From the human T2T-CHM13v2.0 reference genome, Homo sapiens: a stretch of DNA of 64,000 nt. Under the pieces are notes generated by a model, which saw only the letters and a list, made by a program, of their open reading frames with translations, was not told the DNA's origin and ran no database searches. The stretch lies in assembly GCF_009914755.1 (NCBI RefSeq), contig NC_060937.1; one strand, given 5' to 3'. The number at the start of each line of letters is the position of its first letter. Within the stretch, counting starts at the first letter, position 1. The translations under genes were made by a program, and so were the position numbers. This document shows positions 40,901-56,340 of this stretch, one piece after another.

Positions 40901-43900
40901 CAACAATATACTTCTCAGCAGAAACCTCAAAAGCCAAAGATCGAGGGCCCATTTTTAGCGTTCTTAAAGAAAAGATATGCCAGCAAAGAATTTCATATCC
41001 TGCCAATTTAAGCTTCATGAACAAAAGAGAAACGGTCTTTCCCAAATAGACAATTGTTATAGGAATTTGTCACCACCAGACCAGACCTACAACAGATACT
41101 TAAGGGAGTTCTAAATGTGGAAATGAAAGAACAATACTTGCTACTACAAAAGCACGCACAAGCACATAGCCCAAAAAGTGCATAAGGCAACTATGCAATA
41201 GAGACTACAAAGAAACTAGCTAATGCTATGACAAGAATAAAACTTCACATATCAATATTAACCTTGAATGTAAATAACCAAAGAATTCCTCTTAAAAGAC
41301 ATAGAGAAGACATCCTCCTGCTATCTTCAAGAGACCCATCTCATACGTAATGACGCCCATAGGCTCAAAGTGAAGGGATGGAGAAAGAGCTATCATGCAA
41401 ATACAAATGGAACACCAGAAAGAGCAAGTGTCACTATTTTGTATAAGATACAATAGACTTTAAACCAAGAATGGTTAAAAAAAAAAAAAGACAAACGGCA
41501 TTACATAATGATAAAGGGTTCAATTCAAGAAGACTTAACTATCCTAATATATACACACTCAACATTGAAGCGCCCATATTTATAAACCATTTACTTCAAG
41601 ACTTAGGAAAAGACTATCAACCCCACAATAATAGTGGGGAACTTCAATACCCCACTGACAGCATTAGACAGATAATAGAGGCAGAAAACTAACAGAAATT
41701 TGTAACTTAAATTTGACACTTGACCAATGGGACATAATAGATATCTACAGGACATTCTCCCAACACATTCTTCTCATCTACACAGGGAACATACTCCAAA
41801 ATTGACCAAACACATGCTCTGTCATAAAGGAAGTCTCAGCAAATTTTAAAAAATGAAATTATACTATGCAATTCTTGGACCACAGTGGAATAAAAATAAA
41901 AATCAATACCAAGAGGAACTTTCAAAACCATATAAACATGTGGAAACTGAACAACTTGCTCCTGTATGACTTTTAGGTACACAACAAAATAAAGGCAAAA
42001 GTCAAAAAATTATTTAAAGCAAATTAAAATAGAGGTACAACATACCAAAACCTCTAAGATGTGGCAAAAGCAGTCTTAACAGGAAAACTTATAGCACTAA
42101 ATGCATCACTATAGCATCAAGAATATAGAAAGATTCCAAATTAACAACACAACCTTGTACCTAAACAAACCAGAAAAACAACAAATTAAACCCAAAGCTA
42201 GAGAAAGTAACAAGATAACTCAGAGCAGAATTAAATGAAATTCAGATCCAAAATCCATACAAAGGATAAATGAAATAAAAAGTTGGTTCTTTGAAAAGAT
42301 AAACAAAATCGATAGACTGATAAATAGATTAACAAGGAAAAAGAGAGAAGATCCAAATAAGCACAATCAGAAATGACCAAGATGACATTACAGCCAATTT
42401 CACGGAAATAAAAGATCCTCAGAGACTACTAAGAACATCTCTATGCACACAGACTAGAAAATCTAGAGGAAATTGACACATTCTGGAAACACACAACCCC
42501 TCAAGATTGAGCCAGGAAGAAATTGAAACCCTAAGCAGACAAATATCAAGTTCGAAAATTGAATCAACAATCATAAAAAAAAACCTACCAACCAAAAAAA
42601 GCCCTGGACCAGATGGATTCACAGCTAAATTCTTCCAGATGTACAAAGATGCGCTGGTACCAGTCCTACTGAACCTATTTCAAAAAAATTGAGGAGGAGG
42701 GACTCTTCTCTAACTCATTCTATGAAACCAGTGTCATCTTTATGCCAAAAATCTGCAAAGGCACAGGAAAACTACAAGCCAATATCCCCAATGAACATAG
42801 ACACAAAAATTCTCAACAAAATACCAGCAAACTAAATCCAGCAGCACATCAAAAAGTTAATTTACCATGATCAAGTAGGCTTTTTTCACAGAACGCAAGG
42901 GTGGTTCAACATAGGCAAATCAGTAAATGTGATTCATCAAGTAGAATTAAAAATAAAAACCATATGATCATCTCCATAGACACAGAAAAAGCTTTTGATA
43001 AAATCCAACATCCCTTCACAATAAAAGCTATCAACAAGCTAAGCATTGAAGGAAGATACCTCAATAAGAGTCATCTGTGACAAACTCGTAGCCAACATCA
43101 TACTGAAGGGGCAAAAGCTAGAAGCATTCCTCCTAAGAACTGATATAAGACAAGAATGTCTACTCTCAGCACTCTTATTCAACATAGTACTGGAGGTCCC
43201 AGCCAGCGGAATCAGGCAAGAGAGAAAAATAAAAAGCATCCAAGGGAAAGTCAAATTATCTCTCTTCATTGATGATATGATTCTATACCTAGAAAACCCT
43301 AAAGATTCCACCAAATACTCCTCTTCCTGATAAATGACTTCAATAGAACCTCAGGATACAAAATCAATGTACTAAAACTAGTGGAATTTCTACATACAAT
43401 AACATTCAAGCTGAGAGTCAAATCAAGAATGCAATCCCATTTACAATAGCCACACACACAAAAATAAAATACCTAAGAATACATCTAACCACAGAGTTGA
43501 AAGCTCTCTATGAGGAGAACTGTAAACACTGCTGAAAGAAATCATAGATGACACAAACAAATGGGAAAGCATCCCATGCTCATGGGTTGAAAACATCAAT
43601 ATTGTTAAAATGTCCATACTATACAATGGAATCTCCAGATTCAAAGCTATTTCTATCAAATTACCAAGACAATCCTTCACAGAATTAGAAAACTATTCTA
43701 AAATTTATATGAAACTGAAAAAGAGCCTGAATAGCCAAAGCAATTTTAAGCAAAAAAAATAAAACCAGAGGCATCATATTACCCAACTTCAAACAATACT
43801 ACAAGGCTACCTTAACCAAAACAGCATGGTACTGGTACAAATATAGACACATAGACCAATGGAACAGAAGGGGACCCCTGAAATAAAGCCACACCTTTAT

Positions 43901-45210
43901 AATCAGCTGATTTTTGAACAAAGTTGACAAAAGTAAACAATGGAGAAAGGACACCCTATTTATTAAATGGTGCTGGGAAAACTGGCTAACCACTTGCAGA
44001 AGAATGAAACTGGACTCCTACTTCTCACCATTTACAAAAATTACCTCAAGATGGAATGAAGACTTTAATGTAAGACCTCAAACTATAAAAATCCTAGAAG
44101 AAAACCTAAGAAATACTCTTCTGGCTTAGGCAAATAATGTATGACTAAGTCCTTGAAAGCAATTGCAAAACAAAAATTGACAAGTGGGACTTAATTAAGC
44201 TAAAGAGCTACTGCACAGCAAAATAAACTATCAATTGAGTAAACAGACAATCTACAGAATAGGAGAAAATATTCGCAAATGATGTACCTGACAAAAGACT
44301 AATACCCAGAATCTGTAAGGAAGTTAAACAACTAAACAAGTAAAAACCAAATAACCCCATTAAAAAGTGGGCAAAAGATATGAATAGACACTTCTCAAAA
44401 GAAGGCATACAAGTGGCCAAAAAATATATGAAAAGAAAGCTCAGCATCACTAATCATCAGAGAAATGGAAATCAGAACCACAATGGAACACCATCTTAGA
44501 CCAGTCAGAATGGCTATTATTAAAAAGTCAAAGAAATAACAGATGTTGGCAGCGTTGTGGAGAAAAGAGAATGCTTATACACAGTTGATGGGAATGAAAA
44601 TTTGTTCATCTCCTATGGAAAGCACTTTAGATATTTCTCAAAGAACTAGAAATAGAATTACCATTTGACCTAGCAATCTCATTACTGGGTATATGCGCAA
44701 AGGAAAAGAAAGTGTTCTACCAAAAAGAAACCTGCATTTGAATGTTTATCACAGCACTGTTTACAATAGCAAAGACCTGGAATCAACTCAGGTGCTCATC
44801 AATTGTGGATTAGATAAAGAAAATGTGGTGTATATATATATACCATGGAATACTATGCAGCCATAAAACCTCATGAAGTCATGTCCTTTGCAGCCACATG
44901 GATATAGCTGGAGGCCATCACCCTAAGTGAATTAACACAGAAATAGAAAAACAAATGCCACATGTTCTCACTTATGGGTGGGAACCAAACATTGGGTTCA
45001 CAAAGATGGGAACAATAAACACTGGGGATTCCAAAAGTTGGAGGAAGTGAGGGGGACAAGTGTTGAAGAAGTACCTATCAAGAACTATGTTCACCACTTG
45101 GGTGATGGGATGCCCAAACCTCGGTGTCATGCAATTTGTCCAGGTAACAAATCTGTACATATTTCCCCTGAATCTAAAATAAAAAATAAAATGCATAAAA
45201 ATAAAAAACT
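37994..45210 (+). mobile_element. Full-length old primate L1 (L1PA15/16-like), decayed ORF1/ORF2
   Basis: 5' end gagggatcaagatggc (YY1 core), ~2.2-kb 5' UTR, ORF1 at ~40200-41130, ORF2 remnants, 3' end cccctgaatctaaaataaaa. Confidence 0.92.
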
Positions 45211-45214
45211 TCTT

Positions 45215-46837
<1,623 letters not shown>

Positions 46838-47441
46838 CTATGGACTCGCCTCAAATTCTTTCTTGCACAAGAACTGAGAACCCTCTCTTGGGATCTGGAT
46901 CAGGACCCCTTTCTGGTAACATCTTCCTGGCAAACCCCAAAGGGATGATACTGAGGAGACTTCTGACCCAAAGGAAATGGACTGGAGCACCAATTGGCTA
47001 ACTTTGGGTAAGTAGTGGTGTACCCGGGTGAAAAACGGGATAGAGTTAGAGGCCCAACTTAGGAGAGTTAGAATCTCTCCTAAGATGGAGTGGGTTAAAG
47101 GCCTCTCTTAATAAAAGGCAAGGATGCATGACTGAAGTTGGATTTGAGGCCTAACTTAGCAGGGTTAGAGTCCCTTCTAAGATGTAGGGGGTGTGAGGCC
47201 CCTCCCAGTAAAGTTCCTCCTGGCTAAGAACGGATTTGATACTATGGGGTGTTAACTGCCATTCTCTTTGGATTAATCTGCCTTGCACTCTTTGCTGATG
47301 GCTATGGGTGACATAATTAGGCACGTACAGGATCATGGGACATGGGGAGCTTTTTCCTCCCCAAACAGGGACACTTAAGAGCTAATGGGACTGCTGAAAA
47401 AGATCCCTTCTTGACTGACAAGCAGCCACCTGAACTTTTGA

Positions 47442-47857
<416 letters not shown>

Positions 47858-50800
47858 CCCTTTCTTATATTTTCTATTACTCAGGGTGACCATCTTGCCC
47901 AGAGACCACATGTTGAAACTCCTTGTCGGAGGTTGGATTGATGATGACCCAGCCCAACCAGGGGCAAGTTTGAGCCTTGCCAGTGTGATATTGGGTGCTA
48001 AGCAGAGTGGTTAATGTCTATGTTTTGTCACACGTATTTTGCTCTGGCCAGAATGGAAAAAGATAATTTTCCTTTGTGTTGCAGCTTGGCCCCCAGTGCT
48101 ATGGTGCACTGAGCTGGGTTACTAGGGCCACTTAGGAAAAGGGAACCCAGAAGCCTAGCATGCGGCAAAAGGGTAAGAATTTTTATCAGTCTGACTTCTG
48201 GTCTCTCTCTCTATCTGTCTCTCTCTCTCTCTGCAAACAGGTTGAATGAACGGTAAAAATCACTGTTTATCTCGGGTAAAGTTTTGATTAATGAGAAAAG
48301 AATTTGTGAGGCTAGTCTTAAACTGTAGCAAATCTGGTGTGCTTTGTGCGTCTTTCTGTATTGTTCTTTCATAAAGAGGGGTACTTTAGGATGGAATGCA
48401 GCCCTAGGACACCTGTAAGCCCACTGTTCAAGATGGCCCAGCGAACTGGTCAATTATAAACTTTGATGCAAGTCCCTGAAAAAAAAAAAACCAAAAAAAA
48501 CTGGATGAAGTTTCCCTTTCGTCTTATTTTATGTCTTTGGGACCTTGACCTTGTAATCATGTGGTCATATTTTCCCTTGGTTTCCACTATCCAGCAGACA
48601 GGAGTTTGGGGATTCATGTAATAGCCCTAAAAATAATCTTGAACAGTTAAAAGCCTTTGCAAGCTCAAAATTGGCTGATCTAGGTTCCTTCTGGGAAGGA
48701 TAATGGATACTGCGCAGTGCTCTGGCTCAGTAGCTAAGGCTTTGTCTTTTCACAATGGTGGTCCAGGTGCAGGGTTCAATTCCTGGCTTAGAGAATGAGT
48801 CCTTTCTGGTACCCAGAGAAATTCCTTTCCAGGTTCTCAGGGAAATTTTCCTTTCTTTGAGCACCTTGGAGTTTACCTTTGGTAAAATTCAAAAGCCAGA
48901 AATATTGGTGGTTTGGCGTGGCCGAAGTCAGGTAATAAGACATTTTCAAGGATTTTTTTTAATAGCACTATAGTTAACAGTCAGCTTAATTCAAGCTCTA
49001 ATAGCCTGGGACTTCTTGGGAAAAACAGGAGGTTCCAGGGACCCGGTTTTGGGCAAAACCTCTGTTTTCCTCTTTGAACCCCAGGAATTGAAAATGGATA
49101 CATCTTGCTCAAAATCTAAGACTTTGTTCTGTTTTGCATTGCATTATCTGACATTTTTTACTTTTGGTGGTATCAGAAATTACTTCACATTATGAGGGAC
49201 TTTTGGTGTGTAATAACTAGGTAGGAAATATACTTTTAGGAATGGCTGATGGCAGTTATGGGTGAATACTTAGGTGTTTGCATGTTTGGATTAGAGAAGC
49301 ATGCTCTTGGCCACCTTGAAGGTATGGAAATACCTTCTTATCTCCCACTGAGAGATAAGACTCCCATGGGAAATGGGCTGATTCCCCCACTTTTTTGTTT
49401 TGCAGTTGGGGGCAGGATCTAGTATAAAATGGGACCCTTAATTTTGGAGGATCTACTTTGCCTTCCACCTGTGCCTGCTTATCAGGCTGTTGAAACTGCA
49501 TGCTTTCCTGGCCCTCTTCCTCCAAGGGCTCCACCCTGAAGCCAGTAATCCAATTAAGAAACTGGCAGATGAAAAATCTTACAACTACTGGATCTTCTGT
49601 CTGTCTGTATATTTATATATGTTGTGTGTTTGATATGAAAGGGCTTTGATTAATTGGTTTAAAAAAATAAGAGCTTAAATCAAATATTTTATCAGAAAAA
49701 TAAAATCTGTAATGCCTTTTAGTTCACATGATTTAGTAATCTTTGGGAAATAAAAACTGTTTTACATGCAAGGTGTGTAAAGGAAGTGAAATGTGTTTTT
49801 GGTAAAAGATAAGAAGTCATGAGAATGTGGATTTTTTTCTGCCTAGATTAAAGGGCTAAAGGATTGTTATAAGTTAGATAAGATAAAGCTGAAGGTTTGA
49901 ACAAGTTGTGGAAGGTTTGTAAAAAGTAACTCATGAGAGAAATTCTGTGTGTGAACATATTGGCTAAAGGGGTACTCAGTTTTTATGTAAATTGAACATT
50001 GGAATAAAAGCACAACAGGTTTTTCTTAGAGCACTGATCTGCTCTTTCCCAAAAATTGTAAAGGGTTATATTAATAAAAGTTTTATGATCCACTTTGCTG
50101 GGGAGGTGAGGATGTTTAATTACAAGTTTATAAGAATCTTACCTTATGGTCAAACGGATTAAAATTGAGTAAATTTGTCTATAAGGTTTTATTAAGAATT
50201 GGGTTTATCATTAAGAGTACACTAATGTAAAGGTGAAATTTGGCTTATTTGGTGTAAAGTCCATACAGAAAGCATTGTCAAATGTGAAATAGTGTTTGGC
50301 TTTCTTAGGGCTATATTTGCATAAATATGTTATTGGTATGTGTTCCAAAATTATGGAAAATTCCTAATAATTCTAATATGACTTAGGGTATGTTATTAAT
50401 GATTATAATCGTTATGTAAAATTGTTGTATGCCACAGAAGTAACCAAAATTTCCTTTTCAACTGTGGCTTTAACAGTGGCTCTCCTAAGATTTTTGTCAT
50501 CCACAGATAGTTTTCTTGTTTTGATCCTCTTCAAAAGGTGGCTTATAATCAGATATAGGACTTAGACAGGTGCTCTCGAATGCAAGTTTCTAATAAGCTT
50601 TGAGATTGTGACATCAGAATAGAATAAAAACTTTCAGGACTCATTGACAGCTGAAATGTTTGTGAATATCAAGCAGGACAGAAGTTAACTGTGTGGACTG
50701 AACTAATAGAAGGCTGAAGTAACCTTTTTGACTTTGCTTAAAATGTTGCTGATCCTGTTTTGTTTTTCAGAATCAAGAAAAACTTTTTTTTAAGCTACTT

Positions 50801-52054
50801 GTAGCTTTTCACAATTGAGTAAGGTATACTCCTGTAAACAAAATTTGGAGCACATTCGTCTCTCTCTACCTGATTTCTCCAGAATTTGAAAACTAGTTGT
50901 GAGTATTCTTAACTTATGGCAATTTAGTTATTTGCATAAGTGCAATAAGAATCTGTTTTATTTTGTAACAGGACACAATTGGAGAAACTAGTGATTTTAC
51001 CAAGGCTTTGACTGGAATGGTATGCTTTCCTTTAAGGAATCAAACTTGACTTATAGAGCCAATAAAAGCCCCTTGGAAAAACTAGCCTTATACCTTATTT
51101 ACACCGTCCCCGTGCAGGGTTTCTGACCTGTGGTAAGTAAAGAATGTCACTTTCTAACAGGCCTAGGGGCCCCAAGTTATCTTGGGACATCAAGGGGAGA
51201 GGAATTTACCCAACTCATAGGTATTTGAGGGTACAAACTGTTGGCTGAGCTTGGCCTTAAAAAAGTCTTATCTGAGATTCCTTTTATGGAACAAAGTTTC
51301 ATCAAAGCCAATTTTAAAAGCCTATGTGAAAAATAATTATTCTTGCTTCACTTTATATGAATAATCAGGCCAAGTATAATAAAGCAAATAAGTCTTACCA
51401 TGATTTCTGTTTAGTAAAAATGGGAAACTGGCAAGAGAAAAATTATATTTCAGGAACTATGGTACACTTGTTATTAGATTCTAGTCTCAGTTGTCTTTAA
51501 GTTTTCTTTTTTTCTGCAATTTAAACTTGTTCCTATGAACCAACCAGTGATCTCTGGCTGCAGCTCAGAAGAAACAAGAGGGATAGGTAATGTAAAAATC
51601 TGGATCAGTATTCTAATTCTGGATATGTATTGGAATCAGCCAGCGACCCCATAGCAGCTTGGTTCCAGCAGTTGCCCAGGTCCTGGAGAGCCTTTTTATT
51701 TAGTTTACTTATGATAATTTTGCTTATTTTTCTTTAATGTTGTGGAATATTGCTATTGTACTTTTTGTGTAGGAATGCAGGATAAACTTACTGAATGTTT
51801 TCTTAAATTGGACACTCATTAATCTTCCAGATATCACATTTTGTCGGAACTCAAGAGTTATTAATGGCCCACAACATACTGACACTTTCTGACTAAGCTT
51901 CCTCTCTACCCCAAATACAAGAGACCCTAATAGTTAGGCAGGAATATTATCACCCCTATTCAGTCTGAAGAAGTTACTGGAGATGGATCTTCATCCATCT
52001 ACAACCCTTAGGATTAAGGGTTCTTTTATAAAGGGGAGTGGGGGTGGAGGAGTA

Positions 52055-52602
52055 TGTTGGAGATGTTTGAACCAGAGTGACTCCATTTTTAATAGGGGCT
52101 GGGTAAAATGAGGCTGGGCTGAGACCTACTGGGCTGTATTCCCAGGAGGTTAGGCATTCTAAGTCACAGGATGAGATAGGAGTTTGGCACAAGATACAGG
52201 TCACAAAGACCTTGCTGATAAAACAACATGTGGTAAAGAAGCCAGCCAAAACCCACCAAAACCAAGATGGCAACGAAGATGACCTCTAGTTGTCCTCACT
52301 GCTCATTATATGCTAATTATAATGCATTAACATGCTAAAAGACACTCCCACTAGTGTCATGACAGTTTACAGATGCCATGGCAACATCAGGAAGTTACCA
52401 TATATGGTCTAAAAAGGGGAGGAACCCTCAATTCCAAAAATTGCCCACCCCTTTCCCAGAAAACTCATTCATCTACCCCTTGTTTAGCATATAATCAAGA
52501 AGTAACAATAAGTATCCTTACCCAAGCAGCTCAAGCCATTGCTCTGCCTATGGAGCAGCCATTCTCTCTTCCTTTACCTTCTTAATAAACTTGCTTTCAC
52601 TT
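52055..52602 (+). mobile_element. MER41B-type LTR (U3-R only)
   Basis: tgttggagatgtttgaaccagagtgactccat...ggctgggtaaaatgaggctg matches recalled MER41B; no U5. Confidence 0.88.
52453..52461 (+). promoter_or_regulatory. GAS (STAT1) motif TTCCCAGAA in MER41 LTR
   Basis: Matches TTCNNNGAA at the position of the second MER41B GAS site. Confidence 0.6.
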
Positions 52603-52622
52603 GAAACAAAAAATCAATGGCC

Positions 52623-53065
52623 TATGATCCTACTTTAAGAATAAAAAGGAGAGCAAATTAAATCAAAGATCAGTGAATAAAATAATAAACAAATGGAAAT
52701 CAATCAACTAGAAAACATACAAAATTAATGAAACCAAAAGCTGGATATTACAAAAGATCAAAGAAATGGATAATTCTGTAGCTATACTGATCAAGAAAAA
52801 AAAAACAAATTACCAAAACATCAGGAATGGAAATGGTTTCTTATTACCTGAGATTTGACAGGTGTATAAACCCATGAAACTACCACCCAAATAAAGATAA
52901 TTTTTCCATAACATGAAAAAAGTTGATACATACCACTTATGGTTAATCTCTAACACCTGTCATAATTGAGACACTATAGATCCTACAGGCATTAGATCCT
53001 ATGCTACAGATCCTATAGAAATTAAAAAGAATAATTTAAAAATATAAAAACTTCTATGCAACAAA
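52623..53065 (+). mobile_element. Old L1M host element, segment 3
   Basis: Continues ORF2 from 46476 (gagcaaattaaatcaaag, aattaatgaaaccaaaagctgg). Confidence 0.7.
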
Positions 53066-53079
53066 ACCACTGTGATAAG

Positions 53080-53243
53080 AAGTTGTCAACTTTTTTTAAA
53101 GGGCAGATAGTAAATATTTTAGGCTTTGTAGATTATATGTTTTCTATCACACCTACGCCACTCTGCTGTTATAGCATGAAAGCAGCCATAGACAATGTGT
53201 AAATGAATAGATGTGTTCAAACAAAACTTTATGTATAAAAATC
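53080..53243 (+). mobile_element. MER58A-like hAT element
   Basis: aaagggcagatagtaaatattttaggcttt...aaagcagccatagacaat. Confidence 0.8.
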
Positions 53244-53244
53244 A

Positions 53245-53575
53245 CTGATATATCCAACATGAATGAGCATGAAACATATTATGCTAAGCACAAGAAGCCA
53301 GAAATAAAAGAGCACATGCCATATGATTTCATTCATATGAAATTCTAGAAAGGCAAAACTAATCTCTCATGATACAGCAGATCAGTGTTTGAATTATCAT
53401 GGGTGTTAGAGATTAACCATGAGTGAGTGGTATGTGTCAACTTTTTTCATGTTATGGAAAAATTAATTTTATTTTGGTGATTTTTCATGGGTATATACAT
53501 TTGTTAAAGCTCACTGAATGGTATACTTGAATGAGCATTTTTTATTGAATGTAAATTAAACCTAAAAACTTATTT
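53245..53575 (+). mobile_element. L1ME/MC 3' end
   Basis: attatgctaag...aagaagccaga...ttctagaaaggcaaaactaat. Confidence 0.7.
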
Positions 53576-55924
53576 TTAATCAAATGATTTAAAGAATGGG
53601 AACAAAACTAAAACGGAAGTTTGGAGAATGGAGAATGAAAACAACAAAAAATAGACTTTTCAGTGGAGGAATGGTAGGTGAGAGAACACTTGCAAAATAA
53701 CTTTGACCTATAATACATCTGCTAAGTGAGAAAAGTAGTTGGGTGTAAGAGAAAGTAAAGAGGATTTGAACAGCTATTAACACAGAGCATAATAGAAAAT
53801 ACAACACGAGTGAAGTGATTGCCAACTGAAATCAGAGAGCAAGAATACTGAGTGTGTCAAGAGTTCTTATTTTCCTTGCTTTCTCTCACCATGGTTCGTG
53901 GCCCAGAGAACATGAACAGCAGAAGTTACTAAGGATTAGGGATTACAGAAGTGCATATGACTCGCAAGGAATGTATAGTGTTAGGAAAAGCAATGCAGAT
54001 ATGGCTAAAAATTTTGAACAGAAAACTTACTGGGTAGGGAAGAGGTAGGAATGGTAAGGTTGGTTGGCATGAAGAAGAGGTTGAGCATGTATGAAAGATA
54101 GGAAAAGATGATAGGTAAGAATGATCTGAACTAGGAAAAATTTTCTATGATCAGTTGATACATTATGTGACATGGTCTTACCAAGTTAGTAAACTATCAC
54201 TACTGGCAAGCTAGTAAGCTACTTACCAAACAGTAAGCTATTACTAGCAATGGCAGGTAGTCAAAGCTGAAAATATAAAACACCTCTGTCAGTCACAGGC
54301 TTAGAAAAAGTTCCTGTCCTTTCTGTAGGAAATAACTCAATAAACATCAACCTTATCAACTTTTAGCTCTGACAATGTTTTATATCCTCCTTAACTGATG
54401 GCTGTTAATGACAATTTATTTTCAGGACAACTTTGTGCCCTGTCTTCCAGTTTAACATGGAGCTTTCAGTCTGTAATGCAGAGGATCCTCTAGGGTATAA
54501 CTCCACAAGGCAGAAGACAAGTTTACTGTGGACAAAAAAATGGGCTAGAATGTCTTCAGCTTCTCAGGCCCTTAATAGGGCTGATGATGGATGACTCTAC
54601 TGGAGAAAAGGAAGACAAAGAGGTTTCAGATCATCAATAAAGCAGCTGACTCTCAAGAAATGGCTGGAAATCATATTTAAAGTCGATCTTAAATGAATTT
54701 GAAAAAAATGCACATAAAGATCGTTACCTGCCTCGTTTGGACATATCAGACCTATGAATATTTATGTAGAAACAAGAGCTTATAATTATCACAAAAAGAA
54801 AATGAACACTACTTTTCCCATTTAGAAAAATATGAAAGGCAAATTTTAAATGAAAACTCTCTTGGGACATTTGATATGTCATGAACTATCAAGACCATGA
54901 CTATTTTTTAATAGCTTTTGAAATCTTTCTCGAAAATGTCTCTCTTCTTTTCTCCATTCTTATTTATTCCTTAGTTTTGACTTTAATATATTTATTATTC
55001 TCAGTTGCTTCTGTAAGCCTTAACTTTTATCAAATTTGTAAAATAGCAGAGAATAGAATTTTGATGTCATTCAAATGCCTCACCTAGTACTATGCACATA
55101 GTAAACACACAACTAATACAACTGCACTTGGATTCAAAGATCCTTCAATGGTGGAGAATAGAAAAGCTATAGGGCAGGATTTCTAGTCTGCACAGAGCTG
55201 AGCACAGAGGAGCAGTGCTGTGTCAAGGGCAAGACTCTCACAAGTGGCTGGAGCAAACAGAGAGGAAAGACTCTTCCCCTAGAACCTAAGTAGCCAGTTA
55301 TTCAGGCCCAAAGGACCCCTCTGTTGCTAAATCAGGGATCAAGCCTTAAATAGGTTAATTTTTTCCTTATGTGAACATACAAGGGTAAGCAGACTTACCA
55401 TTCTCATCAAAAGGAGATGGAAAAGGGACATAGAGGTCTGACATCTGCATAAGCTACCTAGCTACCTGCAATCTAGCTGGTACAACAGCTATCTTTAATT
55501 TTTAGTAAGGGAGCTCAAGTAAGTTGCCCTAGATGAAAAAACCAGTAAGGAGAAAGCTTAAATAACTTGCCCAAGATGACACAGCTAGCACAGGGCAGTG
55601 CTTGAGTAACTTCCCGAGGTTACACAGGTAGTGAGAGGTGGAATTGCTAGGTTGTTCAGCACCACACTTTTCTCCCCTCTACCTCAATGGTTCCTGGCTC
55701 TGTGTGGGTGTCTCCTAGCAGATAAAATGGCCCTCTTCCATTTACATTTGTCTTATCCTTATATCTTCAAAATGGTTCGTAAGACAAAAAGAGCCTGCCC
55801 TTGATAGACTGCCTCCCACTGCAGCAAGTCTAGCACTGAGCAGCCCTAAGACTAGAATGCCAACTTCGTAGAGGGAGGATAGATAGGAAAGGCTCCTGAG
55901 ACCTGGGGCCTGGGAGAAGGAAGT

Positions 55925-56340
55925 AGTAGGTTCAAGATTAAGAGGAGGTGAGTGATACGTGTGGCTCAGACATAAAATGTAATGCCCACCAAAAAACTCA
56001 GTCATCAATCTAAGTAATATTTACTGAAATGATTTTTAAAATCACAGTATGAGAAACCCGTGAAGAACAAAATATCAAACTTGTAAATAAAGACAGGATC
56101 CGGCAGGGCCAGTGTGGTGGTGAGGCAAGTGAGGCTAAGTTATGTAAATGAAGGGTTGGACCCTATCTTAATTTTAAACTGCTGAAATTTTATTTATCAT
56201 GGGCTTTTTTGGCATTTTGATTGTTAAAATAATTCATTATATTGTTTATCTTGATTACTGCATTTTGGCATCCCCATAAATTTTGTGCCTGAGCTGACTG
56301 CCTCACTCACTTCATTCTAACGTTGGCTTTAGGGTGAAGG
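55925..56340. mobile_element. MER96B-like hAT MITE with long inverted arms
   Basis: ccaaaaaactcagtcatcaa...taaagacaggatcc mirrored by ...ttgattactgcattttgg. Confidence 0.7.

Noticed and set aside
54410-54740. Exon-like segment after a ttttcag acceptor with AATAAA
   Set aside because: Short unrecognisable ORFs and no linked exons; a lncRNA exon cannot be supported from sequence alone
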